DNA from: Candidatus Peregrinibacteria bacterium
Lineage (GTDB): Bacteria > Patescibacteriota > Gracilibacteria > UBA1369 > PNNO01
Length of the DNA: 32,000 nucleotides
NCBI GenBank assembly: GCA_014728955.1
Contig: WJKT01000042.1
Coordinates: 6,211-38,210, forward strand
Reading direction: 5' to 3'
Shown: positions 1 to 8,784 of the stretch, piece after piece
Layout of the letters: every line of letters starts with the position of its first letter
Numbering within the stretch: position 1 is the first letter of the stretch
Translations under genes and position numbers: made by a program
The notes under the pieces: generated by a model
Databases searched by the model: none
Told to the model about the DNA's origin: nothing
Seen by the model: the letters and a program-made list of their open reading frames with translations, nothing else

Positions 1-171
1 AATCCTTCGGATTGTAATGTACTTATCGATTCGTATTATAGAACAGCATGCTTTAACCAGGTGATTGTTAATCAGGTTAAAAAAACATACGATACTTCGT
101 TATGCGATCAAATTGAAGATCAGCAAATACAGCGTGACTGTATGATGATTCAGCCTGAAAGTGAGAATTAA
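1..171 (+). CDS. 3' end of a CDS cut by the window edge (56 codons, stop TAA 169-171); Cys-containing tail ...NPSDCNVLIDSYYRTACFNQV...SLCDQIEDQQIQRDCMMIQPESEN
   Basis: Frame 1 is open from base 1 to TAA at 169-171. It is absent from the ORF track because it has no start in the window. No family recognised. Confidence 0.35.
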   Translation, partial: NPSDCNVLIDSYYRTACFNQVIVNQVKKTYDTSLCDQIEDQQIQRDCMMIQPESEN

Positions 172-1349
172 ACTTCAACTTCGCCACCGACCGGCCTATA
201 TCCTTGTGCGTTAAAACAGGTAACGCCTACTTGTATTTGGGTTGCTGCTGTAAATTTGTTTACAATTCTGAGGGTATACCCGATAGGGACGTTTTCATCA
301 AAAATTCGTTCAACTCCCAATAGTGAGAAATTTGGTATCGAACTGTTGTAATTGGTAATATTGTGCCAATATGAAACAGCATATTCACCGGCACGATCAC
401 ATGTCGGAGTTGCAAGAGCGTTATAATCACTGCTTAATCCACCACCACCGGTGCTATAGGTAGTGTATTTTGAATAAAAGCTGCCAATGCGTTTTGCGTT
501 CAGGTAGCCGTCAACATTAACAACCAGGTCTCCATGATGCGTAGACTGGATGTCGAGTGTTCCGGTTTCAAGAATAATCCATGGGGAATCTATAAGTGCC
601 AAACCACTTGATTTAAGTTCTGAAATGTTTAGAAAATTCATAAGTTTCAGTGATTGTTCTCCTTCGGGATCGCTGAATTTTATGTTGCCATCTGTGTCAA
701 TAAGAACATTTGGATCATCATCATTTTCAGGATCCATCATTAGACTGCCATATAATTCAGTGGCTCCTTGTACGACTAATCCCGAAAAATTAGGGATCAC
801 ATCTCCCGAGGGAGGGTCGTCACATGGTTCGGTAGTACATTCTTCTTCTTCTGTTTCTATAATATATTCAGGAAATATAAAATCTCCCGTTCCAAGGGTA
901 TCAATAATGTCCCCGGGTCCTTCGGTAGGGAATGATAATCCTGAATCTGCGGCTATGTTTCCTGTAAGGTCTGAATAATCAACAATGTCAAAAACAAAAT
1001 CGGTAATAAGAACCGGATTGAACGACGATTGTTCCACAACGCACGTACTTGAACATCCGTCTCCATTTGCAGTGTTTCCATCATCACATTCTTCAACACC
1101 CGCTTGTACAAAGCCATCTCCGCATGATGCAGCGGTACAATCGTTTAAACAAGAATCGGTATTGAGTGAATTGCTGTCATCACATTCTTCATCTCCGACA
1201 ACTTTGCCGTCGCCGCAAAACCCCTGGGCAACATTAGGATCTAAATCTAAATTTATTTGTTGAAATGCATAAGCATTAAGGGAAAAACTGCCGAAAATAA
1301 GAAGTCCGGTTACGATGGAGAAAGGCAAAAACCAATGTTGTTTGTTCAT
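168..1349 (-). CDS. Secreted cysteine-rich repeat protein with a large C-terminal domain of unknown function
   Basis: N-terminal signal-like segment MNKQHWFLPFSIVTGLLIFGSFSLNAYA. Two repeats, CGDGKVVGDEECDDSNSLNTDSCLNDC and CGDGFVQAGVEECDDGNTANGDGCSSTC, fit the Myxococcus-type Cys-rich repeat pattern (CGDG-x6-EECDDGN). The rest has no recognised motif. Confidence 0.7.
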   Translation of the reverse strand: MNKQHWFLPFSIVTGLLIFGSFSLNAYAFQQINLDLDPNVAQGFCGDGKVVGDEECDDSNSLNTDSCLNDCTAASCGDGFVQAGVEECDDGNTANGDGCSSTCVVEQSSFNPVLITDFVFDIVDYSDLTGNIAADSGLSFPTEGPGDIIDTLGTGDFIFPEYIIETEEEECTTEPCDDPPSGDVIPNFSGLVVQGATELYGSLMMDPENDDDPNVLIDTDGNIKFSDPEGEQSLKLMNFLNISELKSSGLALIDSPWIILETGTLDIQSTHHGDLVVNVDGYLNAKRIGSFYSKYTTYSTGGGGLSSDYNALATPTCDRAGEYAVSYWHNITNYNSSIPNFSLLGVERIFDENVPIGYTLRIVNKFTAATQIQVGVTCFNAQGYRPVGGEVEV

Positions 1350-1382
1350 GGTGAAAAATTTTAATTATTATTTCTTATAATT

Positions 1383-2438
1383 TTACCATGAAGACAGTGC
1401 ATTGTCCATTGCACGATTAAATAGTGAAACAATTTTCTCATCGGTTTGATCGTCGATATCTTTTATTAAAAGACGAATAACATAGGCTCCCGAACGTGTG
1501 ATAGTTGCATAGGTTTGACTGGTGCTGGTCCATCCCGTATCCCATATAATGTCATTGGTGCCGGTATAATCAAAATCCCACTTGTATGATAACGAGGTGT
1601 TGTCGGGGTCGTAAGATCCCTGAGCATCAAGTGTAATGCGAGAGCTATCTTTGCTTGTTTCAACATCAAGATGTGCAATGGGAGGTCTGCTTTCTCGTAT
1701 ATAAACCAAGGCTCGGGCCGTATCCAAACTTCCTTCCGGATCACGAACTTCTACAATAACATTTTTAATACCGGGATACTGAAAATTATGTGTTTTTTTG
1801 GCTGAAGAGCTATATGGGGTGTCCCATTGTCCATCACCGTTATAATCGAATCGATATTCCAATAAAGATCGTCTGTATTGGCTATCTGATGAATGAGAAG
1901 CGTCAAAAGAAAAAGGGACTCCGGGTGTCCCCAAAGTAGGGGTTGCTGAGATTCGCGCTTCGGGTGGTGTGTTTTCTACAATATAAATTTTTTGAGTTGT
2001 ACTTGAAACATTCCCTTCTCTATCTAAAACTTCCATGCGAACAGTGTTTAATCCACGCGTTTCATAGGTATGTTCTACACTTCGAGTAACCGAAAAATAG
2101 GTATCTATTTCTCCGTCATTTTCAAAATCAAATCGGACTTCAAGCAAATGAGCGGGGGTTTCTTCATCACTTGAACCGTTGCCGTCAAATGTAAAGACGG
2201 TCTGCGTTGTCCCGCTTAGTTGATCAAGATTCCCCGTATTGTTACGAACGCGCAAGACTGCTTGTGGGGGGATAGTGCTGGTATTTTTCTTATATGAGGG
2301 GTCATCCAAAGTATACTGTGAAGATTCACTGATGCCGTGTGCGAGCATGTTTGCGTTAACAGGTATGGCATTCACAAAGGATAGAATGACAAACAGTAAT
2401 CCTGTGGATATATTGATTGTTTTCATAACGGTTAGCAT
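1383..2438 (-). CDS. Secreted protein with three PKD-like repeats
   Basis: Signal-like N-terminus (MLTVMKTINISTGLLFVILSFVNAIPVNA). Three units of about 90 aa share the motif F.FD...S.D....L.YR(W)DF..DG..DT (FTFDGNGSSDEE..VRFDFENDGEIDT; FSFDASHSSDSQ..YRFDYNGDGQWDT; LDAQGSYDPDNTSLSYKWDFDYTGTNDIIWDT), typical of PKD domains. Confidence 0.8.
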   Translation of the reverse strand: MLTVMKTINISTGLLFVILSFVNAIPVNANMLAHGISESSQYTLDDPSYKKNTSTIPPQAVLRVRNNTGNLDQLSGTTQTVFTFDGNGSSDEETPAHLLEVRFDFENDGEIDTYFSVTRSVEHTYETRGLNTVRMEVLDREGNVSSTTQKIYIVENTPPEARISATPTLGTPGVPFSFDASHSSDSQYRRSLLEYRFDYNGDGQWDTPYSSSAKKTHNFQYPGIKNVIVEVRDPEGSLDTARALVYIRESRPPIAHLDVETSKDSSRITLDAQGSYDPDNTSLSYKWDFDYTGTNDIIWDTGWTSTSQTYATITRSGAYVIRLLIKDIDDQTDEKIVSLFNRAMDNALSSW

Positions 2439-2482
2439 ATACTTTTACAGCTAAAGGAGCGTATTGTGCTATAAAATACTTA

Positions 2483-2527
2483 AAAAGTCAACATTAGTAT
2501 TGACTTTTGGTTGAAAAGTTTTAAAAT
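2483..2527 (+). promoter_or_regulatory. Perfect 9-bp inverted repeat overlapping a candidate sigma70-type promoter for the 2560 gene
   Basis: The inverted repeat is AAAAGTCAA (2483-2491), 8 nt, TTGACTTTT (2500-2508). The promoter is TTGACT (2500-2505), 16 nt, TAAAAT (2522-2527), about 30 nt upstream of the ATG at 2560. It lies in the divergent region between the PKD gene and the 2560 gene. Confidence 0.3.
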
Positions 2528-2559
2528 ATACGCCTTGTAATAAAAGATAATCGCTAAAA

Positions 2560-3045
2560 ATGGAGAAAAAATCCGATAATCCGGAAAAAGGCAAAATTAT
2601 TCTATTTGGAAAAGAAGTGGTTGAAAATGCTGTTGAAAAATGGAATAGAGGCAATGAAATAGGTGATGAGCGACTTATAGAGGAGTCAAGTCGGCAATTA
2701 AAACTTTATGAAGAAATTTTTCCTATTGCACAGTATTTTTCAGCAATAGCACACATCCAATTATGGAACGATACCTTGGTACCTCGTCTACAAGAGTTGT
2801 TTGAAGCACTGGAAATACTGCTTAATAATTCTGAAGTTAAAAATAGTACATTGCTTCGTTCATGTAGAGAGGTAATGTATTTTTTGGCCGAACAAGATAG
2901 GTTGTATCCGTTATCGGATCATCGTCCCGAAAATGTTACGATACATACTGTAAAAAACACTCTTGCGATTATTAATAAAAAGGGGCTTTCACAAGAATTG
3001 TTTACTACTTTGTATGAGCAAATAAGCGCTTTGCTAGGCAGATAA
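2560..3045 (+). CDS. Hypothetical protein, 161 aa, predicted helical and cytoplasmic
   Basis: Long ORF with host-like A/T-ending codon usage. No recognisable motif. Confidence 0.55.
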   Translation: MEKKSDNPEKGKIILFGKEVVENAVEKWNRGNEIGDERLIEESSRQLKLYEEIFPIAQYFSAIAHIQLWNDTLVPRLQELFEALEILLNNSEVKNSTLLRSCREVMYFLAEQDRLYPLSDHRPENVTIHTVKNTLAIINKKGLSQELFTTLYEQISALLGR

Positions 3046-3831
3046 TTGTTCGTCGTCAAATTGGGAAACAAATCCATCAAGCGCATGATCGGGTTTTGTA
3101 TGCTGTAGGACATCTTTAATTCTCCCGGCGAAATTTTCCTGATAGTGCTTGAATCCTTCATCTCCCAGCTTTTCCCCATCCATAAACAGAATAAGGCTTC
3201 CGCTCGGATTAAATTCTTTTAATTCTTTGCTTTTACTTAAGGTTATATCTATAGGAAGAATACGATTTTCTCCGTCGGGGAATAACGAACCGTCAAGAGT
3301 GAAAAATCCATCAGTACTGTATAAAATATCAAGCGGAGTCCCCGAAGCGTTGTAAAATCGAACTTTATTGTAATCGGTTGTATTAAGCTCTTCACATACA
3401 TGTTCTTGTAAATCGGTAATAAATTCATTGCGCGGAAGGGAACGTCGAATAGGTCCCGGTTCCCATGGGGTATATTGTTTTGGATGGGCGTTAATCGTAT
3501 ATCGAATAAGCGCTTCCCGGAGCAAATCATGATTAAAATATTTTTTGATTCGCCACATGGTATTGCGAATGTGTTGTTGCTGTTTTGGTGTTACGGTTTC
3601 TTCATGTTGTTGGGCAAGAATAAGCAGCTTTACCAATCCTTCTTTAAGATGTTTAATTTGTTCTTGAAACCGAGGATTATTGCTAAAATGAGTGCTTAAT
3701 AATTCTCCTTTATCGTACATGGACACCGCCAGTTTTGGATTGTTTTTTGGTTTCACCGAGTTGCCACCGAGAAACTCTTCGGCTAATTTTCCCGTTTCGC
3801 GAAAGGAAGGGATGTTTTGTCTTCGTGCCAT
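3034..3831 (-). CDS. Hypothetical protein, 265 aa
   Basis: Longest ORF in the region; the overlapping ORFs look like shadow frames. No recognisable catalytic motif. Its 3' end overlaps the convergent 2560 gene by 12 nt. Confidence 0.6.
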   Translation of the reverse strand: MARRQNIPSFRETGKLAEEFLGGNSVKPKNNPKLAVSMYDKGELLSTHFSNNPRFQEQIKHLKEGLVKLLILAQQHEETVTPKQQQHIRNTMWRIKKYFNHDLLREALIRYTINAHPKQYTPWEPGPIRRSLPRNEFITDLQEHVCEELNTTDYNKVRFYNASGTPLDILYSTDGFFTLDGSLFPDGENRILPIDITLSKSKELKEFNPSGSLILFMDGEKLGDEGFKHYQENFAGRIKDVLQHTKPDHALDGFVSQFDDEQLSA

Positions 3832-3899
3832 GGAATATTTTTTTATGTTTTCATGTTATTATGCCATAAAAACACAAAAAAGGCTAGGGGTTCTTATTA

Positions 3900-5786
3900 C
3901 TAAAGCGACTCTACCACATCGATAGTAATATTATCCGGAACAGTTGGAACAGTAGGGGACCATGCCGGCCAACTATCAATGGAAACACTGTTTATTGAAG
4001 GCAATTGTTGAATATAGTTTTCGGCTTCTTGTATTTTTTTGCCGAGAATATGCTCTTTGATGTTGTCGATAATACGTCTGCCCCCTTCTTTATCCGGACT
4101 GATTTCATATTGTTCAATACCTTTAATGGTTGCTGTTATTTTTTGTCGTGTAGGGTCATCTCCTTCTTCAATCGGAACAAGTCGTATGGTAACGCTTTCA
4201 GTATCTATTTTAGTGAGGATTTTTTCGGGATTTTTTGAGAGTTTCAGTTTTGCTCGAAGAATATTAAGAAGCTCATTATGATTATATGCGACTCCTTTAA
4301 CATACATTTGCCCTTTTACTTCAAACGATTCAATCATTTGTCCTTGAATATTTTCTGGGATGGTAATAACCGGATCTCCCGTATCGAATGCTCCCTGACC
4401 CGTGAGTAAGGTTAATTCCATATTTTTTTCTCGATTCATTTCCACCACTTTTATTTTCAATTCTTCTTCAATAGCATTCATTAATTCGGATTCCATTTTT
4501 CCGCGTGCCGCTTCTATGTCCTCTTCGGAAACCATCTTATGTGTGATGGTTTTTCCACCGGTGAATTCAGTAGTGCTTTCGGCATATAGTTTTTCTCTAT
4601 TTGCTTCAGAAAGGCCCGGTAAAAAGAAATCATGGGGGCCGATATTGCCTCGTTCGCCAATAACTTGGCCGTTTGCATCAACTTCATCGGCAACAACAAA
4701 AGCATCAAGTTTTCCCGGACCGGTTAAACTAGCCGCCGGCACGGTTACTCCTTCTTGAATTCTAAAGACCAGTCCATCTGCTGTTTGGAATCGTGTTTGC
4801 TCGATAAGGGGCCATTCTCTGCTTGACGTGTTAATAATGGTTATGGTTCCTGTTGCATTTTTCCCTTCGAATTTTTTACCTGTTGTATAGTACGTAGTGT
4901 TTTTAACCATGGTTACTTCAACCGGGAAACTGGCAATGACATTGGTTGGATGCGTATCCAAATAGGTGCGATTGCTTGGGGCTTCGGCGAGTGTAACGTT
5001 GGCCGAAACTGTTAACGTATCTGATTTAGGTGTAATACGTACGGTTGCTCCCGGAATTGCTATATAAACAATGAGAAATAAAATCAGCACCGAAATGGTA
5101 ACAAGAATGGTGAGCGCCTGTCTGTTTGGAGAAACAAGCACATAACGATTCTTTTCTTTTTTACGTTTTTTCCCTGACTTTTTTCGTGGTAGTCGAGGCT
5201 TTTTCGACGATCCTTTGGATTTTTTTTTCGTGCGTCGAATGAGTTCGGCAATCGATATCTTTTTTGATTTCAGGCGTGTCGGCGTATCGTCTTCAAATGA
5301 GTTTACGCTTGCTTCAAGTGGGGAAATCTTCAAATGATCATCAGCGAGTTTACCGGATACTAACGAAGGATGTTCGCTGTCTTCCAGTTTGTCAAAAACA
5401 CTAAATCCGGCACGATTTGCCAGCTGCATTCCGTTTGTATCGTTGGTGATAATAAAGACATTCTTTTTTAATTCTTCCGCTTTTCGTTTTAAAATACGTA
5501 AATTAACGATACTCTGAAATAAAATTGCACGTTTGGGAACAACAATATAGATGTTTTTCATCTTATATTTCTTGAGTTTGTCGTAAATAGTGGTGATTTC
5601 GTCGTCAATCTCGGTAAAGAGCACTTTTTTCTTAGATATAATCTTTTCCTGAAGCTTTGCCTGCTTCTTTACATCTTTTTTGCTTGCATTAACGCTTCTT
5701 TTTTTAAGAGAAACTTTAGACTTCGTTGTTTTTTTACTACGAGTAGTCTTTTTTGCAGATCCTTTTTTCTTACGAGGAGGATTCAT
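3900..5786 (-). CDS. Bitopic membrane protein, 628 aa: Lys-rich N-terminus, small cytoplasmic domain, second Lys-rich linker, one TM helix, ~390-aa extracytoplasmic domain. Tightly coupled to ftsA.
   Basis: Start at 5786 is 3 nt after the ftsA stop (5790). Lys-rich stretches are KKKGSAKKTTRSKKTTKSK and KKKSKGSSKKPRLPRKKSGKKRKKEK. The TM segment is ALTILVTISVLILFLIVYIAIPGA. No tubulin/FtsZ GGGTGxG signature. From memory, the extracytoplasmic part resembles CPR proteins annotated as baseplate-J-like; I cannot verify this here. Confidence 0.75.
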   Translation of the reverse strand: MNPPRKKKGSAKKTTRSKKTTKSKVSLKKRSVNASKKDVKKQAKLQEKIISKKKVLFTEIDDEITTIYDKLKKYKMKNIYIVVPKRAILFQSIVNLRILKRKAEELKKNVFIITNDTNGMQLANRAGFSVFDKLEDSEHPSLVSGKLADDHLKISPLEASVNSFEDDTPTRLKSKKISIAELIRRTKKKSKGSSKKPRLPRKKSGKKRKKEKNRYVLVSPNRQALTILVTISVLILFLIVYIAIPGATVRITPKSDTLTVSANVTLAEAPSNRTYLDTHPTNVIASFPVEVTMVKNTTYYTTGKKFEGKNATGTITIINTSSREWPLIEQTRFQTADGLVFRIQEGVTVPAASLTGPGKLDAFVVADEVDANGQVIGERGNIGPHDFFLPGLSEANREKLYAESTTEFTGGKTITHKMVSEEDIEAARGKMESELMNAIEEELKIKVVEMNREKNMELTLLTGQGAFDTGDPVITIPENIQGQMIESFEVKGQMYVKGVAYNHNELLNILRAKLKLSKNPEKILTKIDTESVTIRLVPIEEGDDPTRQKITATIKGIEQYEISPDKEGGRRIIDNIKEHILGKKIQEAENYIQQLPSINSVSIDSWPAWSPTVPTVPDNITIDVVESL

Positions 5787-5789
5787 ACG

Positions 5790-7040
5790 TTATATTTGCA
5801 TTAAGCGAACAATTTTTTTGAGGATTTTTGATAATACTTTTTCTTCACCCAGATATTCCAATCCCAAATTGGCAAGAGAAAGGGGAGTAATGTCCTGCGG
5901 ATCTTTCATCCTCTTTGTTTCATCTACCATATTACTCACCATATTGGGTTTAAGAAAGCTAATATGTGGTTTTTGTGAGAATGGTAATTTTCTAAACCAT
6001 TCTCGTGTCTCGAGAACTTCTTTAATTTCCGGCAGATGAGAACCACCTCCACATAGTAAGATCTTTGAAGGCAGAACATCTATTTCTTCAAATTCCGCTA
6101 AGGTAAGAGCTACTCCCGAGAGCCACACTTCGCAGTCGCTTTTCATCGCTTCGCGAACAATTTTATGTGATTGTTTTTCCAGTTTATCCGAACTATAGGC
6201 GAGTTTTATTTCTTCCGCTTCTTGAAATGAAATATTTAAGCTTTGTGCAAGCCGCTTAGTGAACGTTCGTCCGCCCAGAGTAAACATACGTGTTCCTTCA
6301 ACGCTACCGTTTCTTACAATGGCAATGTCGGTTGTGCCGCCACCAATGTCAATAAAAATAGAAGAAACATTTCCTCCGTCTTCATGACCCATACATCGCG
6401 CAACGGCATAGGGTTCCGCGGTAATAGCCATAAGTTCTTTATCGAGCTCAGCTGCTATGGTTTGTAATGCGCCAAAGTGCACTAGCGGGGCGAAAGCATT
6501 AAAAATACTGATATCAACGTCTTTTCCCTGAAAGCCGATAGGATTGGATACTTTATAACTATCTATTTGAACATCAACGATCGCCGCGTTAACCAGTTTT
6601 ACATCGATTTCGTTATAGCCGGTTTCAAATGCAAGGTCACTGCGGACTTTATCGAATGCCTTCCATTGAATTTTATGTACAATATTTTTTAATTCAGCAA
6701 GATCTATTTTACTGCTTGGCTCACGCCTGCTGTAAGAGAGCGTTGTTGTTGCACCTTTAACCAACTCTCCCGCAATACCCATAATCATCTGATTTGCAGA
6801 AACGCCGGCCATTCGTTCGGCATCCTTAATAGCCTTTTGACAATTGCGAATAACGCCGCCGATATCGGTTACGGCGCCACTTTGCATGTCTCCTAATTTT
6901 TGTTTGTGTCTGCCGACTCCGATAACACGTCCCTTTGTCCCTTCAGAGAGACAAATAAGAGCCTTTACAATTTCGGTGCCGATATCAAGCGCGAGATAGA
7001 TATTTCTACCGCCACTTGCTTTTCGTGTGAAAATAGCCAT
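5790..7040 (-). CDS. ftsA: Cell division protein FtsA (actin-like ATPase)
   Basis: Actin-fold phosphate motifs LALDIGTEIVKALI and FIDIGGGTTDIAIV; C-terminal amphipathic tail KILKKIVRLMQI. I place the start at Met41 of the track ORF (ATG at 7040, MAIFTRKASGG..), giving a typical ~416 aa. The track ORF runs up to 7160. Confidence 0.85.
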   Translation of the reverse strand: MAIFTRKASGGRNIYLALDIGTEIVKALICLSEGTKGRVIGVGRHKQKLGDMQSGAVTDIGGVIRNCQKAIKDAERMAGVSANQMIMGIAGELVKGATTTLSYSRREPSSKIDLAELKNIVHKIQWKAFDKVRSDLAFETGYNEIDVKLVNAAIVDVQIDSYKVSNPIGFQGKDVDISIFNAFAPLVHFGALQTIAAELDKELMAITAEPYAVARCMGHEDGGNVSSIFIDIGGGTTDIAIVRNGSVEGTRMFTLGGRTFTKRLAQSLNISFQEAEEIKLAYSSDKLEKQSHKIVREAMKSDCEVWLSGVALTLAEFEEIDVLPSKILLCGGGSHLPEIKEVLETREWFRKLPFSQKPHISFLKPNMVSNMVDETKRMKDPQDITPLSLANLGLEYLGEEKVLSKILKKIVRLMQI

Positions 7041-7250
7041 TAAATAGGTGAAAAAGCCTTCATAAACTAAGAGCCCATACATTGTATAGAAAGCCCTTCT
7101 GCTGGTCAAGAAGTTAACGGGGATTTTATTGATTGACAGGGACTGAATAGCTGGTATCATTTTTACGTTTTACAATAGACGTTTTTCGTTGAAAAACAGT
7201 CGGTTGTGACATTGTTGATCTTTCAAACCCCGCAGAGAAGGAGAAACGTT

Positions 7251-7469
7251 ATGAAGTATGTCATGCTCAAGCGCATCCGCAACACCTCTGAATTGTGTGT
7301 CATGGATGTCGGCAAGGATGCACAGTTCAACGGTCACGACATAGTGCCGGGGGACTATGTATTCAGCGAGGATCTTGAGGCACTGGTTGATAGTGGGTTC
7401 TCAGTTCTTTGCATGCAAAGCGAAGAGGGCTCTCTTCCGAGAGGTCCGCTTCATCAATATAATAAATGA
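7251..7469 (+). CDS. Small ORF (72 aa) of unknown function, compositionally atypical, antisense to the ddl-ftsA transcription direction
   Basis: ATG at 7251 is preceded by GAAGGAGAAACGTT, a strong SD that is otherwise rare here. GC counted by hand for 7261-7440 is 50-53% against a much lower-GC surrounding sequence (not counted). Many G/C-ending codons (ctc, cgc, atc, aac, acc, ggc). No homolog recognised; it could be non-coding. Confidence 0.35.
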   Translation: MKYVMLKRIRNTSELCVMDVGKDAQFNGHDIVPGDYVFSEDLEALVDSGFSVLCMQSEEGSLPRGPLHQYNK

Positions 7470-7521
7470 AAGGGGTGTAAGATTGTTTTCCCGCCGCTAT
7501 GTGATTCGTAGTGGTGGGAAT

Positions 7522-8637
7522 TTATTTAAACCAATTGCCGGCACGCTCATATGATACTTTTTTCTCATTCTTTTTGGCGTGTTGTTCAAAACCGAGTTGG
7601 ATAATACGATCAATGAGTTTTTCATATGCAATACCCGATTTTGACCACATCTTCGGATACATACTGATTGTCGTAAAGCCCGGCATGGTATTTATTTCAT
7701 TAAGATGAAGGTCTTTCGTTTTTCTGTCATAAAACACATCAACACGCGCAAGCCCGCAACAATCGAGTACTTTATATGCCCGAAGCGCCATGTTTTGTAC
7801 CTGTTGTTCAAGGTGGCGGGATATATCTGCAGGTACCTGAGTACGCGACTTCCCATCAATATATTTATCGTTATAGTCATAAAATTCACCGCCGACCAGC
7901 ACTTCTCCTACATGAGCTGTTTTTGGATTGTCGTTTCCAAGTACGGCGCACTCCAGTTCGCGTATCTCAAGCCCTTTTTCCACTAATATTCTGTGGTCGA
8001 ATGAACATGCTTCTTCCATAGCCTCTTGTAACTGTTTTGTGTTTTTTACTTTTGACACGCCAACGGAAGATCCCATATTAGCGGGTTTAACAAATACGGG
8101 ATAGTCCAATTCGTTTTCTATACGACGCATAACTTCTTGAGGATTTTCTTCCCATGCTCGCTTGTTAATTCCGATATAGGGGATAATGGGTAATCCCGCT
8201 TCTTCCCATACCGCTTTCGTCATCAATTTATCCATACCCACTGATGATGCTAGAACACCACAGCCGGTGTACGGAACGTTTGCCATTTCAAAAAGTCCCT
8301 GAATAGTACCGTCTTCACCAAAAGGGCCATGTAAAACCGGGAAAAATATATCAACGTGTATTTTTTCATATGTTTTTTCATCAAGATGCAAAAGTTCATG
8401 TGCGCCGCTTTTTGCATTGAGAACGACTTCTGTTAAGCCGCTGTAATCACCTTTTTGGAATGATTCTATAGCCCCGTCTCCGGAAAGCCATTTTCCTTCT
8501 TTGGTTATCCCGACGGGAATAACGTCATATTTTTTTGGATCCATTGCTTCGATAATATTTTTTGCTGAAACAATAGATACCTCATGTTCACCGCTGCGGC
8601 CGCCAAAAACTACCGCAACACGTATTTTATTACTCAT
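7522..8637 (-). CDS. ddl: D-alanine--D-alanine ligase
   Basis: N-terminal RVAVVFGGRSGEHEVSIVSA, FPVLHGPFGEDGTIQG and an ATP-grasp C-terminal half (LNEINTMPGFT). Typical length of 371 aa. Confidence 0.95.
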   Translation of the reverse strand: MSNKIRVAVVFGGRSGEHEVSIVSAKNIIEAMDPKKYDVIPVGITKEGKWLSGDGAIESFQKGDYSGLTEVVLNAKSGAHELLHLDEKTYEKIHVDIFFPVLHGPFGEDGTIQGLFEMANVPYTGCGVLASSVGMDKLMTKAVWEEAGLPIIPYIGINKRAWEENPQEVMRRIENELDYPVFVKPANMGSSVGVSKVKNTKQLQEAMEEACSFDHRILVEKGLEIRELECAVLGNDNPKTAHVGEVLVGGEFYDYNDKYIDGKSRTQVPADISRHLEQQVQNMALRAYKVLDCCGLARVDVFYDRKTKDLHLNEINTMPGFTTISMYPKMWSKSGIAYEKLIDRIIQLGFEQHAKKNEKKVSYERAGNWFK

Positions 8638-8713
8638 GGATGTTTGTTAAGTAAGCATAAGAACTATAGCAGAATTCTCACGCATTATTCAATTGATCGG
8701 TGGTGATAAGAGC

Positions 8714-8741
8714 TTGCACTTTTATGCATCTTTGCTAGAAT
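8714..8741 (+). promoter_or_regulatory. Candidate sigma70-type promoter for the BI-1/yceD/rpmF/nusB/rnc string
   Basis: TTGCAC (8714-8719), 16 nt, TAGAAT (8736-8741), about 45 nt upstream of the ATG at 8785. Confidence 0.3.
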
Positions 8742-8784
8742 TTCTAACCACACTCTTTTTGATAATTTGTAATGTAATAAAAAT

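Noticed and set aside
550-1263. ORFs 550..978 (+) and 985..1263 (+), antisense to the Cys-rich repeat gene
   Set aside because: They lie fully inside a longer ORF that has clear domain repeats and a signal peptide. Their Ser/Pro-rich, low-complexity translations are typical of shadow frames.
3900-5786. FtsZ, as expected after ftsA
   Set aside because: It has no GGGTGxG tubulin signature or GTPase motifs. The protein has a TM helix and poly-Lys linkers.
7041-7160. 40-codon N-terminal extension of ftsA in the ORF track
   Set aside because: The extension (MIPAIQSLSINKIPVNFL...) has no counterpart in FtsA. Met41 gives a canonical length and places the first phosphate-binding motif near the N-terminus.
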